Shown: in pieces, positions 1-8,028 of the stretch
Layout of the letters: each line of letters opens with the position of its first letter
Numbering within the stretch: position 1 is the first letter of the stretch
Origin: a virus
Lineage: Duplodnaviria > Caudoviricetes
DNA: 49,043 nucleotides
Strand: one strand, 5' to 3'
IMG/VR virus record: IMGVR_UViG_3300033148_004867
Span: 1 to 49,043 of that record
Made by a program: the position numbers and the translations under genes
The notes under the pieces: model-generated
Database searches by the model: none
Told to the model about the DNA's origin: nothing
What the model saw: only the letters and a program-made list of their open reading frames with translations

Positions 1-114
1 ATCGAGCTTCATTAAAATCTCCTTACGACTTTACTATCTAAATTAGGAGCATATCTTTGCATTATAATCGGTGAACTGTCAGCAACGCCACGATTTTTAT
101 CCTGTAAGGACTTA
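1..114. repeat. Terminal direct repeat, copy 1 (circular assembly overlap)
   Basis: Bases 1-114 are identical to 48930-49043. Confidence 0.97.
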
Positions 115-416
115 ATTATTTTACTCACTGTATAATCTGGTAAATCTAATTCTCGCCCGATATCATCATTCGACCAACTAAGATTTAACAGAGCAAGAAC
201 GTCCGCCTCTCTTTTTGTGAGCAATGGGAAGATTTGCGGACAGACTTGCTCTGCTTTTTTCAGCCGTTTATTTATAGCCTGCACAGAAACATTTAATTTT
301 TTGGCGGCCTGAGCAACAGTCATTCCACCGAATTCACCGCTACATAGCACAACAGCCTCAATCTGTTTCCTTGTCAATCTTCCGTTTTCATTTTTATTTT
401 TATTTTTATTTTCCAT
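12..416 (-). CDS. Tandem helix-turn-helix (sigma70 region 4/LuxR-like) DNA-binding protein
   Basis: Two HTH units: LTRKQ..MTVAQAAKKLNVSVQAINKRL and LTKREADVL..SNDDIGRELDL..TVSKII. ATG at 416 follows an AAGGG RBS (the track starts at 455). Confidence 0.75.
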   Translation of the reverse strand: MENKNKNKNENGRLTRKQIEAVVLCSGEFGGMTVAQAAKKLNVSVQAINKRLKKAEQVCPQIFPLLTKREADVLALLNLSWSNDDIGRELDLPDYTVSKIIKSLQDKNRGVADSSPIIMQRYAPNLDSKVVRRF

Positions 417-476
417 TAAAACTAATCCCTTCTGTACATACGGCGAATTTGCCAATTCTGAAACTTCTTTTTTAAT

Positions 477-710
477 TTATTTTTCGTCTCCCTCAATTTT
501 TTTTGCAAATTTTACGCAGGTTGGGTGAACAGTAACGGTTCTACCCTCTGGATAGAATAAACGAGCTACAATCCAGCCCTTTCGTTTACCTCGCTTAATA
601 GTCCGATAACTTTTTACTGGTCGCCAACACTGCTTAATCCAGACCCATGTATTAGGTTTATAGTCCGGCCCAGTCTGATACTCCTTTATAGCTGTTTTCA
701 TTCTTTTCAT
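477..710 (-). CDS. Hypothetical protein
   Basis: 77-aa ORF in a tightly packed leftward gene run. Confidence 0.6.
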   Translation of the reverse strand: MKRMKTAIKEYQTGPDYKPNTWVWIKQCWRPVKSYRTIKRGKRKGWIVARLFYPEGRTVTVHPTCVKFAKKIEGDEK

Positions 711-843
711 TTTTATTCCTTTTTCTAATTATTTTATCTTCATAAGCAGCCGGGCAGCGTAACATATTTTTTCTCTGCCGATATAAATGTAATTCCCGAC
801 ATTCACCTTTACACGGTCGTCTATTACATCCACACTTAATCAT
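658..843 (-). CDS. Hypothetical Cys-rich protein
   Basis: 61 aa; start overlaps the stop of the upstream ORF. Confidence 0.45.
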   Translation of the reverse strand: MIKCGCNRRPCKGECRELHLYRQRKNMLRCPAAYEDKIIRKRNKNEKNENSYKGVSDWAGL

Positions 844-1021
844 ATTTTTTTCCTTTACAATTAAAATGTTCAGATAACATTAAGCTTACTAATAGTCGAG
901 TTGCAGGATATTTAATCGTTTTATCTTGGTCTTGTATAAATTTTTGAAGCTCCCCCTGTTGCTCTTCAAGTAATTTCTGTATGCCTTGATGATTTTTATT
1001 TGAAAGCACTATGTTAATCAT
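836..1021 (-). CDS. Hypothetical protein
   Basis: ATGA overlap with the upstream ORF. Confidence 0.55.
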   Translation of the reverse strand: MINIVLSNKNHQGIQKLLEEQQGELQKFIQDQDKTIKYPATRLLVSLMLSEHFNCKGKKYD

Positions 1022-1200
1022 TCTTTTTCTCCAGAATTAAAAATCAGTGATTTTGTTTTTACGTCATACACAGCGATATTTTCCCAATCCGGCCAATCTG
1101 GATGGTGTAATACCTTTGCCTGTTTAATCGCTTCATTTTTATCGGTGAAGCTGTCTAAATTATGCCGGAGACCATTATTGTATTTTACTAATTGATACAT
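1018..1200 (-). CDS. Hypothetical protein
   Basis: AGGGG RBS; operon packing. Confidence 0.65.
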   Translation of the reverse strand: MYQLVKYNNGLRHNLDSFTDKNEAIKQAKVLHHPDWPDWENIAVYDVKTKSLIFNSGEKE

Positions 1201-1211
1201 TGTTTCCCCTT

Positions 1212-1481
1212 TTAGCAGTTTTTACAATTTTTACAATTTTTATATACCCTTAATAGTGTACAGAAGTAATCATAAACCTCTAAGGCATAATCCGCATCAT
1301 CTATCTCCATTATTACCTCCCCTCCCCCACTCGGAAAGTTGCCAAAAATAACCCAGAATGTTCGTAGGCATTCCTCATCAATACCATTGTCTGTAAATAG
1401 CTCGTAAAATGTTCCTCCGCAATCGTCCGAGTACTCGCCCATTTTTTGTAATTCAAAAGCATCAAATAATAAATCTACCAT
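1212..1481 (-). CDS. Acidic hypothetical protein
   Basis: AAGG RBS; ends in KNC x3 from a 9-bp repeat. Confidence 0.65.
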   Translation of the reverse strand: MVDLLFDAFELQKMGEYSDDCGGTFYELFTDNGIDEECLRTFWVIFGNFPSGGGEVIMEIDDADYALEVYDYFCTLLRVYKNCKNCKNC

Positions 1482-1497
1482 CTTTAATCCCTTTCTT

Positions 1498-1794
1498 TTA
1501 TGATTTTAATTCGTGATTTTGTTCATCATCAAACCTTGCTAACGGGTCTGATTCTCTCATTTCAGTATCTATTATATTATCATCAAGGTATCGGGGGTCG
1601 ACATAACCTGCTGAAAAATCGGGGTCATAAATAAATAATTCAACAGGATGCTGTAAATCTTCAACGTGGTGAAGCTCAAAGACTGTAGTGTCAATATAAT
1701 TCCCGTCTTCATTCCCTACGACAATAGTGATTGTCCGATTTTTATTTGGCATTTTTTGTAATTCTGTAATCATTTCTTTAATTGTCATTTTCAA
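1498..1794 (-). CDS. Acidic hypothetical protein
   Basis: 98 aa; coupled to the upstream peptidase gene. Confidence 0.6.
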   Translation of the reverse strand: MKMTIKEMITELQKMPNKNRTITIVVGNEDGNYIDTTVFELHHVEDLQHPVELFIYDPDFSAGYVDPRYLDDNIIDTEMRESDPLARFDDEQNHELKS

Positions 1795-2693
1795 ACTCCA
1801 AATTTCTGGTTTTTATTTTTGTTTCTATTCCTATCATACCTATTTACCATATCAATATCAGCCTGAGCATAGTCATAATCACTATAATTCATAAAACTAT
1901 CGAACATCTGTAAAAAACAATGCTCACAAATTAGATAATTATGAACGTATTCAACCCCTGCCATTCCACCACATACATCACACGAGCAGGGGTCGTGTGT
2001 CTGCGTATAAGACTGCTCTAACCAACCCCATTCGTGAACCCTACCAGCGAACCCCGATTGTGTTCGCTTATCAGCAACAAACTCCGTATCGTGATATTTT
2101 TTATAAAATGACCTAAACTTTCTTATTTGTTTCCTGAGAATTTTTTTATCAACAAAACAAGACTCCTGATGCCCATTTTTTATACCGATGCCGAGATTGA
2201 AACAGCAAGCCTTAGTTTCTAAATCGCAAATATCGCTATAAGAACCGACACCAATTTTCCAATAATCGGCTAATTTTTGTAGAAAATCTTTACTGCTTTT
2301 ATCATAGGCAACAACATCATCACCCCGCCTGTCAAACTCAATTATCCATTTATAATCTTTGCAATCGTGAAAAAATGCTGTTGAACGGCAAGACTCCTCA
2401 TCATCAGTGAGTAAAATGTCAGCCCGTAATTCTATACCGAGCTCGTAGGCTAACAGGCAGCCCAACCTGTCATCAAGACCGATGGCACATAGCCGCCTCT
2501 TTGTTTCTCTCACAAACTTTGGCGGGAGCACAGTGTCAAGATGGGCAACGAAAAGGATATGACCGCCATTGTCGATAAAAATACGCCGATTGTTTCCAAA
2601 GTCTGGTTCTGTTTCCTCAGTAAAAGACGAAAAATCTTCAAATAGTTTGTCGATGGGTTGTAACCAGTATTTTAGTTTGTTTAGTAATTGCAT
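1791..2693 (-). CDS. M28/M20-like zinc peptidase/deacylase with C-terminal CxxC knuckle
   Basis: AHLDTV, GLDDRLG, DEE, FDRRG, YSDI, NLGIG..H metal-ligand pattern. Start moved to MQLL (2693) to avoid overlapping the upstream gene. Confidence 0.75.
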   Translation of the reverse strand: MQLLNKLKYWLQPIDKLFEDFSSFTEETEPDFGNNRRIFIDNGGHILFVAHLDTVLPPKFVRETKRRLCAIGLDDRLGCLLAYELGIELRADILLTDDEESCRSTAFFHDCKDYKWIIEFDRRGDDVVAYDKSSKDFLQKLADYWKIGVGSYSDICDLETKACCFNLGIGIKNGHQESCFVDKKILRKQIRKFRSFYKKYHDTEFVADKRTQSGFAGRVHEWGWLEQSYTQTHDPCSCDVCGGMAGVEYVHNYLICEHCFLQMFDSFMNYSDYDYAQADIDMVNRYDRNRNKNKNQKFGV

Positions 2694-2718
2694 TTTATTT
2701 TTACTTTTATTTTTATCC

Positions 2719-3972
2719 TTATTCTTGTTTTTGTTCTTGTTCTTGCTCTTGCTTTTCACGTAATTCAGCTTCAGCATCCGCTTTGCAATCGCTGCAATAG
2801 TAATAACCGTCAATCTTAGTCAAGCTGTCCAAATAAAAATCCTCATTGCAACCGTTACAATTCCGGGCGAATGTTTCATAGCAGCCATCACAAAGTACAT
2901 CATTCTCGACACCATAACAAGCCTCATCACTGAAAAGATATCTGCAATGGCTGCAACAATGATAACTATACCTTGCACAATACTCGCAGACAATTATTTG
3001 TTTGTCTGCAATACAATAGGTCGCGTCTACACTTACAGTTTCCCCGCAATTTTCACAGGCTACAAATAACTCACCAAAGCAATACTCACAAAAGCAGTCT
3101 GTACCCTGCCAAAAGACTGACTCTTCAGATACTGCCTCTCCGCAATTTTCACAAACATAGTGGGTTTCTAACTCTCCATGCTGAGATTGTAATTCATAAT
3201 CACAACAACCAACATAAGAAATCGTCAAACCTTTTCCACAAGTACAACCGCATGTCATTGTGTCCATATATGGAATATGGCCGTCCTCGTATTCAAGGCC
3301 TGAGACTACTAAAGTTTTCAAGTCAGGCATTTTAATTTTATGACCCCATCCATGACTATCGGCATAGTCTTTCAATACATCTTTGAGGTGCTCTGCTGTT
3401 GTGTATATTCTATCCATAAAGTAATGCCCGTTATCGAGTTTGTGGACGATAGCCCTTGCAGTGTCCGCGTTATTGTATGCGATAATCATTTGAAACCGTT
3501 CAGGGTTCATTTCATATAATAGAGTATAATCGGCACAATTCCCGGTCATACATGACCGACCCCCGATGCAATCTCTATATGCCTTTGTAATTTTACTCCC
3601 TGAAACTAATTCAATTTTGTTCAATTCTTCATTTGTCCATAAATAGCTATTTATCGTATCCGCTAACTCTCGAATTTCTTTATCGTTTAGAATGCTATGA
3701 AGTTTACATTTGCGAGTGAGATATCGGGACGTTCTCAATTTCATTCGAGGTGTATCTGGTGCAGTATCATAAGCAATATAGCCAACCGATAAATCCTCCG
3801 GTTTGCCGGGCCGTTTGTAGTCTATATCACAAATAAACTGCACGGCATCAGATAATTCTGTTCCGTATGATTTATCTTGCATCACGTACTTTTCAATTAA
3901 CCCGATAATCAGAGAAGATTGCTCTTCTAATGTTTCTATCTTTATCTTTGTTTTTAATTTTGATGCTGCCAT
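2719..3972 (-). CDS. Phage protein with SCM/MDRIY/PYMDT domain and multiple CxxC zinc knuckles
   Basis: GAGG RBS; motifs GRSCM, FMDRIY, IPYMDT; about eight CxxC pairs in the C-terminal third. Confidence 0.7.
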   Translation of the reverse strand: MAASKLKTKIKIETLEEQSSLIIGLIEKYVMQDKSYGTELSDAVQFICDIDYKRPGKPEDLSVGYIAYDTAPDTPRMKLRTSRYLTRKCKLHSILNDKEIRELADTINSYLWTNEELNKIELVSGSKITKAYRDCIGGRSCMTGNCADYTLLYEMNPERFQMIIAYNNADTARAIVHKLDNGHYFMDRIYTTAEHLKDVLKDYADSHGWGHKIKMPDLKTLVVSGLEYEDGHIPYMDTMTCGCTCGKGLTISYVGCCDYELQSQHGELETHYVCENCGEAVSEESVFWQGTDCFCEYCFGELFVACENCGETVSVDATYCIADKQIIVCEYCARYSYHCCSHCRYLFSDEACYGVENDVLCDGCYETFARNCNGCNEDFYLDSLTKIDGYYYCSDCKADAEAELREKQEQEQEQKQE

Positions 3973-4000
3973 TTTACACCTCTTTTTATACTTTTTAACT

Positions 4001-4066
4001 TTAACATAATGCTAAATAGCATAACGCCGCCAACCACAATAACTCCCATAATTCTTGTTTCGTCAT
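4001..4066 (-). CDS. Putative 21-aa hydrophobic peptide MTKQELWELLWLAALCYLALC
   Basis: Translated by hand; AGAGG RBS; first ORF after the promoter at 4094-4122. Confidence 0.45.
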   Translation of the reverse strand: MTKQELWELLWLAALCYLALC

Positions 4067-4093
4067 AATTCAGCCTCTTATCTTAACTTTTAT

Positions 4094-4122
4094 ATTATAG
4101 CATATTTGCTTGTAAAAGTCAA
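4094..4122 (-). promoter_or_regulatory. Sigma70-type promoter TTGACT-N17-TATAAT
   Basis: Near-consensus -35, perfect -10, 17-bp spacer, intergenic. Confidence 0.85.
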
Positions 4123-4131
4123 GCCTTTTTT

Positions 4132-4575
4132 TCATTTTTTCTTTTCTTTTTTCTTTTTCCTTGCACATTCCCGGCAGTGATTAGACAAACCGTCTTTTTT
4201 ATTTTTCTTCTTGTAAAAATACAGGGTTGTTGCCGGGTATTGCTTCAAGCAAACTTGACACACTTTTATGGGTATGTCTATCTTCTCACCATCAATCCAT
4301 ATCCCATATCCGGCATACGGAGCAATCCTTGCAGCCTTTTCAATCTTCAATCGCTGCTCTATTAATTTACGCTGAGCATTATCTTTTTCGTAGTATTCAC
4401 GAGATAGCCGGGGCCGTCTGTCTGTTGGAATATATTCATTTCGCATATAGTTTGTAACGCATTCAATACACCAAAGCCGATACCCATCTTCTGTCGAATT
4501 ATCATAATAAAAATACCGCCTCAAAGCCGGCTTGCTTTGGCCACAACGAGTACAAACTTTATACATTATATCCAC
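4132..4575 (-). CDS. Protein with two zinc-finger repeats of the type found on phage HNH/endonuclease VII proteins
   Basis: KVCTRC..KP..F..DG..WCIEC and KVCQVC..YP..F..DGL..CREC; no nuclease core seen. Confidence 0.65.
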   Translation of the reverse strand: MDIMYKVCTRCGQSKPALRRYFYYDNSTEDGYRLWCIECVTNYMRNEYIPTDRRPRLSREYYEKDNAQRKLIEQRLKIEKAARIAPYAGYGIWIDGEKIDIPIKVCQVCLKQYPATTLYFYKKKNKKDGLSNHCRECARKKKKEKKK

Positions 4576-5020
4576 AGCACCATTCCTCTTTTAATATCTT
4601 TCTGCCTCTTTTATATTCGTTCTTTATTGCAGTATCCAAAATACCATATTCATAGTACAGCCATCCAGCTATTCTAAAAAACACTCGGTTATGTAATACT
4701 CGCCGATGGCCGGGCAGGGTCTTTGTCAAAGTTTGCGGATATAATTGACGCTGTATAGCATGAGATAATTCATGGAGTAAAACAAATAAGTTTATATCTG
4801 TTTTTTCCCGGCTAAAACATAAGTCTAATTTCTTTGATATCGGATAGTATCCTCCACTCCATCGCCCCGGTTGACGGGGTTGAGAGTAATGGATTTTTGA
4901 CAGCTTGAAATTGAAACCGTAACGGGTTTGTACTTCATGGATAATGTCTGTAATCCATACAGGCATACCCATATTAGTAATCGGCCTCTCGATTGTAGCT
5001 GTAGCTGTAGCTGTAGTCAT
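4559..5020 (-). CDS. SprT-like HExxH zinc metalloprotease
   Basis: LLHELSHA followed by HNRVF; GAGG RBS. Confidence 0.65.
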   Translation of the reverse strand: MTTATATATIERPITNMGMPVWITDIIHEVQTRYGFNFKLSKIHYSQPRQPGRWSGGYYPISKKLDLCFSREKTDINLFVLLHELSHAIQRQLYPQTLTKTLPGHRRVLHNRVFFRIAGWLYYEYGILDTAIKNEYKRGRKILKEEWCCGYNV

Positions 5021-5062
5021 TTTGTCATTACCTCAAAAACCAAAAATCAAAAATCAAAAATC

Positions 5063-5102
5063 ATTTACCGGGATGTTGCCGATTGACAGCATCCCAGTAA
5101 AT
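5063..5102 (-). terminator. Stem-loop (terminator or RNA processing site)
   Basis: TTACTGGGATGCTGTC/GGCAACATCCCGGTAA stem followed by (GATTTTT)n on the minus strand. Confidence 0.55.
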
Positions 5103-5121
5103 AATTTTTATCTTTTTTGTC

Positions 5122-5394
5122 TTATATCTCCTTTCCTAATTCTAATCTTTGTTCATCGTTTTCTAACTCAAGTATATGGGTTTTCAAATGATGGGCGAGA
5201 TGCCATACCTTGAGCACGTCGTCCCGTTCAGCCCGGCGATACTTATCACACATTCCTGTATTATCATAACCATCGCCCAACGCCATGGCAAGCTGCCATA
5301 AATCAGGTATTTCAATATCTTCAATGTTTTCCAAAATTAGCGGGTCAGCATGCGTTACTACTTTTCGTCTTATTTTTATCTTTTTTCGCTTCAT
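5122..5394 (-). CDS. Hypothetical protein
   Basis: AAGGAG RBS; 90 aa. Confidence 0.7.
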   Translation of the reverse strand: MKRKKIKIRRKVVTHADPLILENIEDIEIPDLWQLAMALGDGYDNTGMCDKYRRAERDDVLKVWHLAHHLKTHILELENDEQRLELGKEI

Positions 5395-5450
5395 TTTTAA
5401 TGCTCCTTTAACAATTTAACATTAACAATCTTTTGACTAATTTGACTAAT

Positions 5451-5487
5451 CATCGAGATACTGTCGTTACTTGACAGTATCTCAACG
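5451..5487 (-). other. Stem-loop related in sequence to the one at 5063-5102
   Basis: Perfect 11-bp stem GAGATACTGTC/GACAGTATCTC, extendable by G-U pairs on the minus strand. Confidence 0.6.
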
Positions 5488-5518
5488 AGCAGTCATGAAA
5501 GGAGATGTGTTTTATCGT

Positions 5519-5656
5519 TTATATCAACCTCCTGTTTTTCATTAGATTGTAATAGTAGTCAAGTAACGTTTTCAATGCCGATTTTTCGCCGGGTCTGCAA
5601 GTATGCAATCGCCGGAGTGTCTCAGTGTATTTTGCTTTTAATGTCGCATTACTCAT
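5519..5656 (-). CDS. Putative 45-aa first early protein (MSNATLKAKY...)
   Basis: Translated by hand; AAAGGG RBS; directly downstream of the promoter. Confidence 0.45.
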   Translation of the reverse strand: MSNATLKAKYTETLRRLHTCRPGEKSALKTLLDYYYNLMKNRRLI

Positions 5657-5711
5657 CTTATAACCCTTTATCTTATTTGCGGTTTTCATTTCATTTCACA
5701 ACGTCAAGTAT

Positions 5712-5740
5712 AATATACCATGTTATCTTGCAAAAGTCAA
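5712..5740 (-). promoter_or_regulatory. Sigma70-type promoter TTGACT-N17-TATATT with upstream A/T tracts
   Basis: 17-bp spacer; shares CTTGACTTTTRCAAG with the promoter at 4094-4122. Confidence 0.75.
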
Positions 5741-5772
5741 GTAAAATCTCAGAAAAATCAGAAAAAACTTGC

Positions 5773-5896
5773 AAAAACTTTTATAAATGTTAGATAAAAA
5801 GAAAACTCGGATATAAAAGATTAAAAACTTTTGTTGTTGTTAGACGAAAAGAAAACTCAATAAAACTTTTGCAAATGTTAGATGAAAACAAAACTC
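5773..5896. repeat. Three ~36-bp direct repeats (AAAACTTTT..TGTTAGA..AAA..AAAACTC)
   Basis: Copies at 5773-5808, 5823-5858 and 5862-5896. Confidence 0.85.
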
Positions 5897-5902
5897 AAGG
5901 GT

Positions 5903-6282
5903 CTTGTCAATCCGAAAAAGTTAGAAAAATGGCCTTAAGTCCTTGCTATTACTGGAGTTATGCAATTTTTTTAGGTACGTTTTTCATAAGTCCTTGCTAT
6001 CACTGGAGTTAAGTGCTTTTTTAGAACGTTTCAAGAAATTGTCAAGTTCTATACCACTCAATGAAAAATAAAGTACCTAATATGAGGAGGGGCAGGGGAG
6101 AGTAAAAGGTATCTATCTTTCTATATAGTAGTATGGCTCTTGACAATTTCGGAAAACGTTCGATAAATGACCTTAAGTCGTTGTCATTTCCCGATTTATG
6201 AAAAGTGTACCGAAAAAAATGACGTAAACCCTTGCTATTGCTGGAGTTACGTGCTAAAATAGAACGTTTTTGAATTGACAAG
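5903..6282. repeat. Pair of 144-bp imperfect inverted arms with four 25-bp palindromic boxes around a 92-bp core
   Basis: Arms 5903-6046 and 6139-6282; boxes start at 5936, 5987, 6174 and 6225. Confidence 0.85.
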
Positions 6283-7178
6283 ATTTTTATCGGACGTTAT
6301 TATCGTTGTTGTGCCGATTTTATTAGTTATCGGACGTTGTTGTCGCTGTTGTTTTTGTGTCGCTTTATCGTTTACCAAACGTTTTTTGTATATTTTCCAA
6401 CAATGCAAGTATTATAAGAGTTTTTTATTCTATTATAAGCTTATCTAATAGTAATCTTTGAAATTAAGAAGAACATGACCCCATCCATCCAATCCACTCA
6501 CCAACCCCCCGATTAGCATCCTTGCTTAGCATCCCGTCTCGGCTAACAGGACAGCCGCCAAGCCGTCAAATAGTCAGGTCGATACTGTCAAGTAGTATAA
6601 CGGCTCAGACGGGCCGTCAGGCTGTCATGCGGCTAATCGGCAAAGCTGCAAAGCTATAATCGGCAAGGCTGCAAGCTGCAAGCTGCAAACCCGCAAACCC
6701 GCATTTCAGGGCAGTATGGCAAAATCGCTGTTATTATCGGGCCGGGGTAGTACCCTTTGGATTTTGCAAAATGACAGGCAGAGCGGGCACTCTCAGACAC
6801 CACAAATTTCTGGCTTTTGACTTCTGCCCCTGACCTTGCCCCCACCTCTTATTTTTACTGGACTGAAACTATCGTAAACCAAAGGGCCATCGGTTTACCA
6901 ATAATTAGTAATCAAGTCGAAAATCATGTGTTTTTAAACACATCAGTATTTATGCTTTACGGCATCGACATTAAGTTATGGTGGTTATAATAGTTATGGT
7001 AGTTATAATGATTGTAAGGATTGTTAAAGGCCTGGCTAAAAAATTTTGGGAAAATTTTGGGACTTTTTTGAAAAAATTTCTGAAAAAAGGTTTCTCTCAG
7101 TGCAAATTTACCGTATATATGGAGGGAAGTATTTTTTTACTTTTGTTGGAGTTGAAATTAAAATTAAGGGGCGATAAA

Positions 7179-7544
7179 ATGGGTCTTGAAAAAATAAGTC
7201 GGCAGAAAATTGATGAGGCGGATTTAGGATGGAAAACACAGAAATATGTATATCCTATCTCCGATTTACGGGCAAATGGAGTAACTGGAGTAATTTCACA
7301 AAGGGCGGTTATCCAGCATTTTAAGCGTTGCTGGCCTGATTTAAAAATTAAGAAAATTCACTCTTTTAAGATAAACCCGATAGACCAGACTGTTACCCTT
7401 GTAATTAAGGTAACAGAAAAAGTAAATCGTAATTTACAAAAAATTGCGGAACTTGAAGGACAAGTAGATAAATTAGAGGAAGAAGTACTTGAATTAAGGG
7501 CACAGCTTAAGGATAGGGATGGAAATAGAAAGGCGGGCGAATAA
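7179..7544 (+). CDS. Hypothetical protein with C-terminal coiled coil
   Basis: AAGGGG RBS before MGLEK; heptads IAELEGQVDKLEEEVLEL. Confidence 0.7.
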   Translation: MGLEKISRQKIDEADLGWKTQKYVYPISDLRANGVTGVISQRAVIQHFKRCWPDLKIKKIHSFKINPIDQTVTLVIKVTEKVNRNLQKIAELEGQVDKLEEEVLELRAQLKDRDGNRKAGE

Positions 7545-7545
7545 A

Positions 7546-7905
7546 ATGGGCGAAAGTTTGGACGATTATGAAATTACACCATCAGACTTAGGCCAAGACC
7601 CTGAGAATGACCCAGGAGTTGTTGAAGAGGCCATTGCGTCTGCCGGGGGGCAAGAACAGAAACAAAAGCAGCCGATTCCGAAATGTTTTTCTGCTATTCC
7701 GTTTGAAGTGCGGAAAAAATATCGGAAATTGTGGGACAGCTTTGAAATCAAAGATATGTCATTTGAAGATTTTGCTATTGAATTGTATTGTGTAGAAAGT
7801 CCCACCATGATGCAACAGGATTTAGGCAGAATCATACAGCAGAAACAGACGGGCAACCGGAATATGGCCGCAAATTTAAATAAGATACGGCAGGTATTAA
7901 ATTAA
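7546..7905 (+). CDS. Hypothetical protein
   Basis: ATG immediately after the upstream stop. Confidence 0.65.
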   Translation: MGESLDDYEITPSDLGQDPENDPGVVEEAIASAGGQEQKQKQPIPKCFSAIPFEVRKKYRKLWDSFEIKDMSFEDFAIELYCVESPTMMQQDLGRIIQQKQTGNRNMAANLNKIRQVLN

Positions 7906-8028
7906 GAGTAATTTTAGGAGACTGATATGTTTAAGATAGCTCCTTTAAGAGTAATGAGTAGGGGTAGCCAGCCCTGCGGGGACGCACCCCTCTCAGAACT
8001 CAAAATTAACTCAAAAGGTATAGTATAG

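Noticed and set aside
1-114. Biological terminal repeat
   Set aside because: It cuts through coupled coding sequence, so an assembler overlap is more likely
2694-2813. N-terminal KNKNK extension of the peptidase
   Set aside because: It overlaps the upstream gene and is an alternative-frame reading of a microsatellite
5773-6249. CRISPR or mini-CRISPR array
   Set aside because: Repeats are degenerate, spacing is irregular or too short (14 and 3 bp; 26, 162 and 26 bp), and there are no cas genes; the Cas4-like gene sits in a recombination module
5575-6845. ORFs 5575-5793 (+), 6042-6281 (-) and 6654-6845 (-)
   Set aside because: They overlap promoter and repeat elements, lack a clear RBS and show no protein-like motifs
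6480-6900. tRNA genes in the GC-richer non-coding stretch
   Set aside because: No cloverleaf or T-loop GTTCRA pattern found by eye; tRNAscan-SE would settle it
6978-7178. N-terminal extension of the 188-aa ORF
   Set aside because: It is a translation of low-complexity repeats; a better RBS and ATG lie at 7179
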